Shown here: piece by piece, positions 28,563 to 37,181 of the stretch
How the letters are laid out: every line of letters begins with the position of its first letter
Numbering within the stretch: the first letter of the stretch is position 1
NCBI GenBank assembly: GCA_963781145.1
Contig: CAWADW010000005.1
Coordinates: forward strand, 504,423-568,422
Direction: 5' to 3'
DNA: 64,000 bases
Source of the DNA: an uncultured Pseudomonadota bacterium
GTDB taxonomy: Bacteria; Vulcanimicrobiota; Vulcanimicrobiia; Eremiobacterales; Eremiobacteraceae
The notes under the pieces: generated by a model
Told to the model about the DNA's origin: nothing
Seen by the model: only the letters and a program-made list of their open reading frames with translations
Databases searched by the model: none
Program-made: the position numbers and the translations under genes

Positions 28563-30137
28563 TTAGACTTCCATCACCACGGGCACGATCATGGGGCGCC
28601 GCTTCGTCCGATCGTAAATGAATTTTTGCAATTCTTTATGCACGTGCTCGCGAATGGTGGTCCATTCGGTGAGTCCTTCCTTGGCGCCGCGCTCCATGAT
28701 GCTAACTGCTTCACGCCGCACTTCCTCTAAGACCCCGTCTCCGTCCGACGATCCATACGTGAATCCGCGTGAGGTAATATCCGGACCGGCTAATACTTTG
28801 CCGTCCTCGCTATCGACGGTAACGGTTACCACGATCATGCCATCGCCCGATAGATGTCGCCGATCCCGTAATACGACGTTGCCAACATCGCCCACGCCCA
28901 GACCATCGACGTACACGGGCGCGCCTGAGATCCTCCCGCCAAATCGCGCACCGGAACTTGTGATTTCAAGCGCGTCGCCGTTTTCGCTCACAAATATATT
29001 TTTCGGAGAGATGCCGATACGCTCGGCTAAACGCGCGTGCTGCACGAGCATGCGATACTCACCGTGGACTGGCAAGAAATATTTCGGACGCGTTAGATTG
29101 AGCATGAGGAGCAGTTCTTCTTGGCGACCGTGACCTGAAACGTGCGCCAGGCGCTGCTGCCCGTAGATAACGTTGATCCCGAGCTTGAAGAGGTTGTTGA
29201 TCGTTCGGCCGACGCTCCGCTCGTTGCCGGGGATCGGCGTCGCCGAAATGATCACCGTGTCGCCGCGTTTGAGCTTCACTCGCTTGTAGTCGTTGGACGC
29301 CATGCGCACGAGCGCAGACATGGGCTCGCCTTGCGAGCCGGTCGTGCAGATGACAAGTTGATCGTCACGGTAGTTTTCCAGTTCGTGATCGCGAATTTGT
29401 ACGCCAGGAGCAATCTCCAGATACCCGTGCTCTAGGGCAATCGAGCTGACGTTTTGCATGCTGCGCCCTACAAAACACACTTTGCGGCCGTAGCGGCTTG
29501 CCGCATCAACCGTTTGCTGCAGCCGCGGCACGTTCGAGGCAAACATCGTGATAATGATGCGGCCCGCACATTGCGCAAAGATGTCGTTGAAGGTCTCCCC
29601 TACGACTCGCTCGGAGAGCGTGTGCCCGGGCAATTCGGCATTGGTCGAGTCCGACGCGAGCAGCAGCACGCCTTCGCGTCCATGAGCCGCAAGCGTGGCC
29701 ATGTCTGTTGGCTGGCCGTCGATTGGCGTTTGATCGAACTTGAAGTCACCCGTGTGAATCACCGTCCCCAGTGGGGTGCGAAGCGAGATGCAGCACGAGC
29801 CCGACACGCTATGGGTGACGGCGATGAAGCCAACATCGAAAGCGCCAAGCATCACCCGTTCGCCTGGGTCGACAATACGGAGATCCGCGCGCTCCAGCAA
29901 TTTGTGCTCTTTCAGCTTGCCGCGCAGTAAGGCGAGGGTGACGTCGGTGCCATACACAGGCACGTTGAGTTGAGCCAAGAAAAATGGCACGCCGCCAATA
30001 TGATCCTCGTGCGCATGGGTCAGCACGAGGCCTCGAACTTTGTTGCGCCGCTCGATAAGGTATGAGATATCGTTGATGACGAGGTCGACGCCCAGCATCT
30101 CTTCTTCTGGAAATTGGACGCCGGCATCGACGATCAC
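28563..30137 (-). CDS. rnj: ribonuclease J (metallo-beta-lactamase/beta-CASP RNase)
   Basis: HAHEDHIGG, the beta-CASP and C-terminal domains, and the C-terminal RRPMIVPVVMEV. The conserved N-terminus (SRSSIQKRPFLRVIPLGGCGEIGRNTTVY...) continues in frame up to 30242, upstream of the ORF-track GTG start. Confidence 0.85.
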   Translation of the reverse strand: MIVDAGVQFPEEEMLGVDLVINDISYLIERRNKVRGLVLTHAHEDHIGGVPFFLAQLNVPVYGTDVTLALLRGKLKEHKLLERADLRIVDPGERVMLGAFDVGFIAVTHSVSGSCCISLRTPLGTVIHTGDFKFDQTPIDGQPTDMATLAAHGREGVLLLASDSTNAELPGHTLSERVVGETFNDIFAQCAGRIIITMFASNVPRLQQTVDAASRYGRKVCFVGRSMQNVSSIALEHGYLEIAPGVQIRDHELENYRDDQLVICTTGSQGEPMSALVRMASNDYKRVKLKRGDTVIISATPIPGNERSVGRTINNLFKLGINVIYGQQRLAHVSGHGRQEELLLMLNLTRPKYFLPVHGEYRMLVQHARLAERIGISPKNIFVSENGDALEITSSGARFGGRISGAPVYVDGLGVGDVGNVVLRDRRHLSGDGMIVVTVTVDSEDGKVLAGPDITSRGFTYGSSDGDGVLEEVRREAVSIMERGAKEGLTEWTTIREHVHKELQKFIYDRTKRRPMIVPVVMEV

Positions 30138-30370
30138 GATATCGTCGGCAGTCTCATAGACGGTCGTGTTGCGCCCGATTTCCCCGCAGCCGCCAAGCGG
30201 GATGACTCGGAGAAACGGTCGTTTTTGGATCGACGAGCGGCTCTAGACTTGCCCCCTGTTGGGAGGCTGGGAAAAATTCGTGCAGCATGCACGATGCATT
30301 TAGGCGGCCCCCGCATTTGGCCTGCTGCTTACGTGTCCATGGGCGACTTGACACTCGCCCGCTACGGGTC

Positions 30371-30400
30371 GTAGGGGGCGATTTTCCAATCGCCCCCTAC
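30371..30400. repeat. REP-like palindromic element, family A (GTAGGGGGCGATT-TTCC-AATCGCCCCCTAC), copy 1
   Basis: Perfect 13-bp inverted arms in an intergenic position. Confidence 0.7.
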
Positions 30401-30408
30401 AGAGCGTA

Positions 30409-30966
30409 TTAGAGCGGCAGCGTACTCCATGTGAGCGCTCGAGGCGTAATGCTCTCTGGGCATAACAGTTCGATCGTCCGCGTTTCAAATGCGTGCAAGA
30501 GCACGACCGTGCTCGCACCACTTTGCGCGCCGCGGTCCGACGCGATGCTCGCCGAAAGCAAGAACGAAACCTCGACGCCCCTTTGGTTGCTGACCTTTGC
30601 GCGGATGATGGGACTTCCCACGAAATCCTTTGTGACGACGACTGGCCCGATCGTGACGCCCACGCCCAACGGGTAGGCACGCGCATCGACAAACTCCGGA
30701 GTTTCCGTTCGCGCCCGAACGAGAAAGTCGTGGAGCAACGCTTCGCGGCGCTGCAGCACCGCGTAGCGAATGCACCGAGAGATAGCCGCGCTTGAGTTGC
30801 GCCGACCCACCTTTCGCCGCTTTCTCTTGTAGCCAGGCAGGGACGGAGTGGGAGCGGCCTGGGTGTTCTCTGCGAATCCCGGCGCGCCGGAAATACCGTC
30901 GCAGACTTTTTGAGGTGATGGAAACGCAAGGGCGGCGAGAAGCGGAAGAATCACCAAAGGCATCAA
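30409..30966 (-). CDS. hypothetical secreted protein (weak call)
   Basis: Signal-like N-terminus MMPLVILPLLAALAFP. Overlapping alternative ORFs exist in this GC-rich region. Confidence 0.3.
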   Translation of the reverse strand: MMPLVILPLLAALAFPSPQKVCDGISGAPGFAENTQAAPTPSLPGYKRKRRKVGRRNSSAAISRCIRYAVLQRREALLHDFLVRARTETPEFVDARAYPLGVGVTIGPVVVTKDFVGSPIIRAKVSNQRGVEVSFLLSASIASDRGAQSGASTVVLLHAFETRTIELLCPESITPRALTWSTLPL

Positions 30967-31005
30967 GGCCTCTATCCCGCATCAGCTTGTGGAGTCAAGG
31001 GCGGC

Positions 31006-31034
31006 TTGACAGACGGTCAGAGCCTCAGTATAAT
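31006..31034 (+). promoter_or_regulatory. sigma70-type consensus promoter TTGACA-N17-TATAAT upstream of the GntR gene
   Basis: Exact consensus hexamers with 17-bp spacing. Confidence 0.55.
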
Positions 31035-31054
31035 TGTCTTAAAACATTAAGACA
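31035..31054 (+). promoter_or_regulatory. palindromic operator candidate TGTCTTAA-AACA-TTAAGACA spanning the predicted transcription start site
   Basis: 8-bp perfect inverted arms immediately downstream of the -10 element. Likely a GntR autoregulation site. Confidence 0.45.
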
Positions 31055-31138
31055 ATAGGACAACAACCAACGGCCACACGATTTCACCTCAACGACTCAA
31101 GCGGCATACCGGTCTACCTGCAGTTAAGGGAGCAAATC

Positions 31139-31441
31139 TTGCACGCCATCTCAAGCGGCCTACTGCATCCGGGCGACCAGCTGCCGACGGTTCGCGAAGT
31201 AGCCATTGACCTGTCCATTAATCCCAACACCGTGAATCGGGCGTACGCGGAGCTCGAGCGCGACGGCACCCTGACCAGTCGTCGAGGAAAGGGCACCTTT
31301 ATCGCAGAGCCCACTGCCAGCAGTGCGCCAAAGCGAGACCGGCTCGTGGACATCGGGCGGCGCGCGCTGGCCGAGTGCCGGATGTTCGGGTTCACGACGG
31401 ACGATTTGCTCAGCGCAATAAAACGCTTAAAGGAGGTCTGA
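31139..31441 (+). CDS. GntR family transcriptional regulator (short, HTH only)
   Basis: LPTVREVAIDLSINPNTVNRAYAELERDG HTH. The in-frame upstream sequence (from 31043) encodes a conserved helix 1 (SGIPVYLQLREQI), so the true start is probably upstream of the TTG at 31139. Confidence 0.8.
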   Translation: MHAISSGLLHPGDQLPTVREVAIDLSINPNTVNRAYAELERDGTLTSRRGKGTFIAEPTASSAPKRDRLVDIGRRALAECRMFGFTTDDLLSAIKRLKEV

Positions 31442-31585
31442 CAAACCCATGCCGACTGTCACCGATCGCAAACCCCACCGAGTGGACCCTCTGGCGCCGT
31501 CATCGCCGGCGGTCAGTCCGTTCACTTCGGCAATGCGATCTCGTGGCTGCTCGCGTTCCTGCTCTTCATCGCCGGCGTCTGGCTC

Positions 31586-32459
31586 TTGGCGTCAACGGGA
31601 TCGATTATTTATGCCATTGTTGGGATCATTTTGGCCTTGCTTTCGCTCGCGTCGATTCAAGTCGCCAAAGCGTGGGAGAAGGCAATCGTGCTGCGGCTCG
31701 GTCGATTCCATCGCCTCGCCGGCCCAGGCATCTTCTTCATCATTCCGGCGTTCGACGCCGTTGCGTCGTGGATCGATCAACGCGTGCAGACGAGCACCTT
31801 CGTCGCCGAGCAAACGCTGACCAAAGATACCGTTCCGGTGGACGTCGACGCCGTGCTTTTCTGGGTCGTTTGGGACGCCAAGAAAGCCGCCTTGGAAGTG
31901 GCATCGTATCGCGATGCAATCGGTTGGGCCTCCCAAACAGCGCTGCGCGACATTATCGGCACCACGTTTCTCGCCGACTTGCTCTCCAATCGCCAGGCAA
32001 TTGACAGCAACCTTCAACAAGCAATCGATGGCCGCACGACTCCATGGGGCATAACGGTACAGTCGGTTGAGATTCGCGACATCAAGATTCCTGAGAACTT
32101 GCAAGACGCGATGTCGCGCCAGGCCCAGGCGGAGCGCGAGCGCCAGGCTCGCGTCGATTTTGGGCGATGCCGAGCGGCAAATCGCGGAATCCTTCCTCGA
32201 GGCCGCGAAGTCATACGCCGGGAATCCAGTCGCGCTTCATCTGCGCGCCATGAACATGCTCTACGAAGGACTCAAGGAAAGAGGAGCGATGATCATCGTG
32301 CCGAGTACGGCGGTCGAAACAATGGGGCTAGGCACGATCACTGGATTAGCTTCGCTGGGGACGGCGCAAGGCATCGCTTCACCCCTGTCCGGCGCGAGCG
32401 CCCCAGGCGGGGCTGACGCCGGCGCAGCTAACACCTCATCCACTACTGGAGGGTCGTAA
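31586..32459 (+). pseudogene. SPFH/band-7 (stomatin-like) protein, disrupted by a +1 frameshift near 32156
   Basis: The N-terminal frame gives ...KAIVLRLGRFHRLAGPGIFFIIP...QAQAERERQARV. The C-terminus continues in frame 32067..32459 (ILGDAERQIAESFLEAAKSYAGNPVALHLRAMNMLYEGLKE...). There is one extra G after ...CGCGTC. Confidence 0.75.
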
Positions 32460-33173
32460 ATGTTTCTTGTTGCAGTCGTTGTTGCGCCGCTGTGAGCGCT
32501 GCAGGGTCTTCCGGAGGCCGGGTACTCCGCCCGATGGCACGTACAATTATTCGATCACGCAAGCCGGCGCCCGATCGGAACGAGCACAGTCACGATCAAG
32601 AGAAGTCCTGACAATATCTCGCTCCACGAAACCGAGACGCTCGGACAGTTGAGCTACGTCGTAGACGAAACACTCGATACAAATACGCTGAATCCAAAAA
32701 CATACGTCGCAACCTATACCAAGGGGACCGGATCGCAAACCGCGCGCGTTGCGTTTGACCGACACGGGTGCGACCGTCACTTTTGATGGCGTTGCAGGCA
32801 ACGAATTTTTCGCTTTCCCGGCAGGCAACAAGAATGCGTACGTCCTCGAGTCGTCAATCATGACGGGTTTTCTCATGCTCCCAGCCCAGCTCCACGCGAG
32901 CAGGGCGAACCAATTCCTCCAAGTCATGCCGAGTGAGGTTGCCCGCCTCACCGGCCGCGTGAGCGGGCAACCGCTGGCCCGCGACCGGCTGGCCTGCCCT
33001 CAAATGACGTGTCCCTCTCGATCGGCGGGCGAGTCAGTTTCGACGAATGGTACGATCCCAATACGTACGTCTTGCACGCGGTTTCCGTGCCCATCGAAGA
33101 CGTGCTCATCCAAGCTAACAAAATAGCCCATCGGGGTCAAGGGTATGGCCGCTACATTGGTTCTGCAGGTTGA
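32460..33173 (+). pseudogene. degraded secreted-protein gene (signal peptide + beta-rich domain) with at least 4 frameshifts; lower GC
   Basis: GGAGGG-N6-ATG start encoding MFLVAVVVAPL followed by a stop. Protein-like segments then alternate between three frames (PIGTSTVTIKRSPDNISLHETETLGQLSYVVDE..., TDTGATVTFDGVAGNEFFAFPAGNKNAYVLESS..., VSLSIGGRVSFDEWYDPNTYVLHAVSVPIEDVLIQANKIAHRGQGYGRYIGSAG*). Confidence 0.35.
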
Positions 33174-33204
33174 CGCGTTAGCACTCTCGATGCTATAGTG
33201 CTAA
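33170..33204 (+). promoter_or_regulatory. heat-shock promoter: TTGACG-N18-TATAGT overlapped by a CIRCE inverted repeat TTAGCACTC-N9-TAGTGCTAA
   Basis: Matches the CIRCE consensus TTAGCACTC-N9-GAGTGCTAA at 17/18 positions. The -10 element lies inside the element, 175 bp upstream of htrA. Confidence 0.7.
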
Positions 33205-33378
33205 GGTAGCATGGATTTCGGTTCCCGACCGCATCTCGGGACATAGGGGCGGCCAGGCCAGCCCCGGCAACAATTCCGTCTATCGATCAGGTAGAAATTT
33301 TAGGCGGTCGTTCTCGCCATGGCCCTCGTGCGGGACTTCCGCGCCTTTAAGCAAGTTCATAGGAGTAGAGTAAACAAG

Positions 33379-34587
33379 ATGAGTTCGCAAACCCGCACGT
33401 CGCTCGGCTTCCTTCTTATAGGAGTGCTCGGCGTGCTCATCGGTGCAGTCGTGATCACCCTTCTCGCCCCCAAATTCTGGCCCGCGCAACAGGCGTCGCT
33501 CAGCTCGAATGTCGCGTCGGCAGAGCCCCTTGCGCCCATCGGTACGGACAATCTCGAACAGCGCATCATTAAAGTCGTCAAGCAGAGCGAGCCCTCGGTC
33601 GTGTTGATCAAGACCACCGTGCACGGGGTCCAGCAAATTTACAACCCCTTCCAAAATGATCCGTTCTTCCGCCAGTTTTTTGGCGACCAAGGCCCCCAAA
33701 GCCAATCATTTACCGTCCAAGCGTCTGGGTCTGGGTTCGTGATCAAGCGCGAAGGCGACACAGCGTACGTGGCGACCAATGCCCACGTCGTTTATCATGC
33801 GGACAAAGTCCAAGTCTTGCTCTCAACCGGGCGCCAAGTCGACGCCGAGGTCGTGGGATCGGACGATGACGCGGACCTCGCGATTTTGAAGATTCGCGGT
33901 TCGAACTTACCATCCGCGCTGCCGCTTGGTAATTCCAGCGCTTTGCAGCAGGGCCAATTCGTGCTCGCGATTGGTGAACCGGAATCATTTCAGAACTCGG
34001 TGAGTTTGGGAATCGTTTCTGCGATCCACCGCAGCGGCATCGACGCCGGCGGTGGTGCGGGCTTCCCGACGTTCCACTACAGCGACATGATCCAAATTAC
34101 GACGCCGATTAACCCGGGCAACTCCGGTGGACCGCTCATCACAACCGGCGGCCAAGTGGTCGGCATTAATGCAGTCGTCGCCGAAGAGGCGCAGGCGATC
34201 GGGTTCTCGATTCCGATCAACGCTGCCGCGCCGGTGCTGGCGGAAATCGAAACGACCGGACATGGCATTCACGTGCAGCACCCGTTCATCGGCATTCAGA
34301 TGCGCGCACTCAATACGCAGATCGCCAACTACCTAGGTTACAATGGAGCGCAGGGCGTCGTCGTCACGGACGTCGTCGCGCAGAGCCCGGCCGACAAAGC
34401 CGGCCTGCAAGCCAGCGACATCATTTTGGAACTCAATCACCAAAAGGTCGCAAGCGCGGATCAAATCCGCAATGCCATTGCCAAGATGAAGGTGGGAGAC
34501 AAAATCACCTTGCTGGTCTGGAGAAATGGCAGCCTGCAGCCCGTCAACGTCACCCTGGGTGACCGGCCCGAGACAGTCCAAGGCTAA
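33379..34587 (+). CDS. htrA: HtrA/DegP family serine protease (S1C, trypsin-like domain + PDZ)
   Basis: N-terminal transmembrane/signal segment, TNAHVV (His), D, GNSGGPL (Ser) and a C-terminal PDZ domain. Start at MSSQTRTSLGF, preceded by AGGAG. Confidence 0.85.
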   Translation: MSSQTRTSLGFLLIGVLGVLIGAVVITLLAPKFWPAQQASLSSNVASAEPLAPIGTDNLEQRIIKVVKQSEPSVVLIKTTVHGVQQIYNPFQNDPFFRQFFGDQGPQSQSFTVQASGSGFVIKREGDTAYVATNAHVVYHADKVQVLLSTGRQVDAEVVGSDDDADLAILKIRGSNLPSALPLGNSSALQQGQFVLAIGEPESFQNSVSLGIVSAIHRSGIDAGGGAGFPTFHYSDMIQITTPINPGNSGGPLITTGGQVVGINAVVAEEAQAIGFSIPINAAAPVLAEIETTGHGIHVQHPFIGIQMRALNTQIANYLGYNGAQGVVVTDVVAQSPADKAGLQASDIILELNHQKVASADQIRNAIAKMKVGDKITLLVWRNGSLQPVNVTLGDRPETVQG

Positions 34588-34599
34588 GACGATCCCGCC

Positions 34600-34628
34600 A
34601 AGGGGCGATTTTCCAATCGCCCCCTACA
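34600..34628. repeat. REP-like element, family A, copy 2 (between htrA and dnaK)
   Basis: AAGGGGCGATTTTCCAATCGCCCCCTACA. Confidence 0.65.
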
Positions 34629-34724
34629 AACAGGTGGCCCGGGGGTCCCGGCCACTGCCAATAGAAGCACATCAGGCCGGGATACACGATATGCCCGGCC
34701 TGGTCATCAGAGGAGTAAACAAAA

Positions 34725-36588
34725 ATGGCTAAAGTTGTCGGCATTGACCTCGGGACGACCAATTCGGTTGTCGCCTACATGGAAGGCGCGACGCCAACGG
34801 TCATCACGAACGCAGAGGGAAGCCGGCTCACCCCATCCGTTGTTGCGTTCACGAAGAGCGGCGAGCGGCTCGTTGGCCAACTCGCGAAGCGGCAAGCGAT
34901 CACCAATCCCGATCGCACGATTTCGTCGATCAAGCGCTATATGGGGACCGACCACAAGGTGACAATCGACGGCAAAGCCTACACGCCGCAAGAAATTTCT
35001 GCGATGATTCTCCAGAAGCTCGCCGCAGATGCGAGTACCTACCTTGGTGAAAAAGTCACACGAGCCGTGATCACGGTGCCCGCGTACTTCAATGATGCGC
35101 AGCGCCAAGCCACGAAGGATGCCGGCCGCATCGCAGGCCTCGACGTCCTGCGCATCATCAACGAGCCGACGGCTGCCGCGCTCGCGTACGGCCTGGACAA
35201 AAAGGGCAATGAAACGATTTTGGTCTGGGATCTCGGCGGCGGAACCTTCGACGTTTCCATCCTGGAAGTTGGCGACGGTGTTTTCGAAGTTAAATCCACC
35301 AACGGCGACACGCATCTCGGTGGTGACGACTATGACAAGCGCATCGTCGATTGGCTCGTGACCGAATTCAAGAAAGATCAAGCTATCGATCTTGCCAACG
35401 ATCGCCAAGCGTTGCAGCGCCTTACCGAAGCCGCTGAGAAAGCAAAAATCGAACTCTCGTCTATGGTGCAGACCTCCATCAATTTGCCCTTCATCACGGC
35501 AGATCAGAATGGACCGAAGCATCTGGACTATACGCTGACGCGCGCTAAATTCGAACAATTGACGGCGGATCTCACGGAGCGCTGCATCAAACCTTTCGAA
35601 AACGCGATTCGCGATGCCAAACTGTCAGTCGAGGACATAAAAGAGGTCGTCTTGGTCGGCGGTGCAACGCGCATGCCCGTGGTTGTGGAACTGGTCAAGC
35701 GCCTCACCAAGAAAGATCCAAACCAAAGCGTCAATCCCGACGAAGTGGTGGCGGTGGGTGCTGCCATTCAGGCCGGCGTACTCGCAGGCGAAGTCAAAGA
35801 CGTTGTCCTGCTCGACGTTACGCCGCTCACGCTCGGACTTGAGACCCTCGGCGGCGTTCGCACGCCGCTCATCGAGCGCAATACGACGATCCCAACGCGC
35901 AAGTCGCAGACCTTTACCACGGCGGATGACGGTCAAACCTCGGTCGATATCCACGTGCTCCAGGGCGAGCGCGACATGGCGGCCGACAATAAGACGCTCG
36001 GGTCGGTTCAGACTCGAGGGCATTCCCCCGGCACCGCGCGGCGTACCGCAAGTCGAAGTGACGTTCGATATCGACGCGAACGGCATCACGCACGTTGCCG
36101 CGAAAGATCTCGGAACCGGCAAAGAGCAGCGCATCACCATCACGGCATCAAGCAACCTCAACAAAGATGAGGTCGATCGCATGGTCAAAGACGCGCAATC
36201 CCATGCTGATGAGGACAAGCGCAAGCGTGCTGAAGCAGAGATCCGCAACCAGGCGCAAACCCTCGAGTATTCGGTCGAAAGGACGCTCAAAGATCTCGGC
36301 GACAAAGTGCCGGCGTCTGACAAAGCTGACGTCGAGAAAGCGCTCGATAACGTCCGCGCGCTGCTCAAGAGCGGCAGCTCGGACGAACTCAAGCGTGCTG
36401 CCGATCGCCTGCAAGAACTCTCGTATAAGCTCGCGCAAAACGTCTATCAAAGCACGGGGCAGTCGGCCGGTGACGGGCAGCCCAATGGCGCTGCCGGCGA
36501 GCCGCAAGGAGCGCCGAGCGGCGCGACCAGCTCCGGTGGCTCGGGTCCGCAAGGCGATGTCATCGACGCTGAGTATAAAGAAACATAA
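34725..36588 (+). pseudogene. dnaK: molecular chaperone DnaK, interrupted by a single-base insertion near 36003 (probably a sequence error)
   Basis: Full DnaK N-terminus ([17 protein letters not shown]...) runs to ...ADNKTLG. The C-terminus ([28 protein letters not shown]...EYKET*) is in the +1 frame. An extra T follows CTCGGG. Confidence 0.9.
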
Positions 36589-36605
36589 AGGCGCGAGACT
36601 GACGC

Positions 36606-37169
36606 ATGGCTGGTAGCGACGAGTTCGACTCGCTCTCGAGCGCAGCAGTTCCCGGAATCGATGAGGCGCCGGCCGATGGCCAGGCGCCTGTCGATCCGGC
36701 GAGCTCGCTGCGCGCGCAGCTCGACCGGGCCAAAGCAGAGGTGGAAGAACAGCGCAACCTGTACTTGCGCGCTCTTGCCGACTTCGAAAACTTCAAGCGA
36801 AGAACAGAGCGAGAGAGCCTCGCGCGATCCGATAGCGCTCGGCGCAAACTGCTGCTGCGCGTGCTTGACGTCTTGGATAACTTCGAGCGCGCCGCGTCCT
36901 ATCGACAGGCCGGAACGCCTCCCGATCAACTGGTGGATGGCGTCCTCGCGACGGTCAAGCAACTGGGGTCGTTGCTCGACGCCGAAGGCGTGCGGCCAAT
37001 CGAGGTTGCGGGCAAACCTTTTAACCCAACCATTTCAGAAGCAGTGGGCACGCGTTCGCAACCCGGTAAGCCCGCGAATATCGTGCTCGATGAAGCGCGC
37101 AAGGGTTATACGATCGGGGACGACTTGCTTCGCCCCGCGCAGGTTATTGTCTCGACGGCATCCGAATGA
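36606..37169 (+). CDS. grpE: nucleotide exchange factor GrpE
   Basis: The GrpE coiled-coil and beta-domain motifs (RALADFENFKRR..., GKPFNP..., GYTIGDDLLRPAQVIV). Confidence 0.9.
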   Translation: MAGSDEFDSLSSAAVPGIDEAPADGQAPVDPASSLRAQLDRAKAEVEEQRNLYLRALADFENFKRRTERESLARSDSARRKLLLRVLDVLDNFERAASYRQAGTPPDQLVDGVLATVKQLGSLLDAEGVRPIEVAGKPFNPTISEAVGTRSQPGKPANIVLDEARKGYTIGDDLLRPAQVIVSTASE

Positions 37170-37181
37170 CGGGCCGCCACT

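Noticed and set aside
30300-30982. Overlapping ORFs 30300..30929(-) and 30485..30982(-)
   Set aside because: GC-rich frame artefacts. Only the 30409..30966 frame has a signal-peptide-like start, and even that is a weak call.
31125-31141. AAGGGAG + TTG (31139) as the true GntR start
   Set aside because: The spacing is good, but it would delete the conserved helix 1 (IPVYLQLREQI) that is encoded in frame just upstream. More likely a chance SD-like sequence inside the coding region.
31449-31820. 123-aa ORF starting right after the GntR gene
   Set aside because: It becomes low-complexity nonsense after about 15 codons and overlaps the SPFH gene out of frame. Only its SD + ATG may be meaningful, as an alternative SPFH start.
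32547-32951. Minus-strand 134-aa ORF
   Set aside because: Composition (W/C/R-rich) is poor compared with the protein-like plus-strand frames of the degraded secreted-protein gene.
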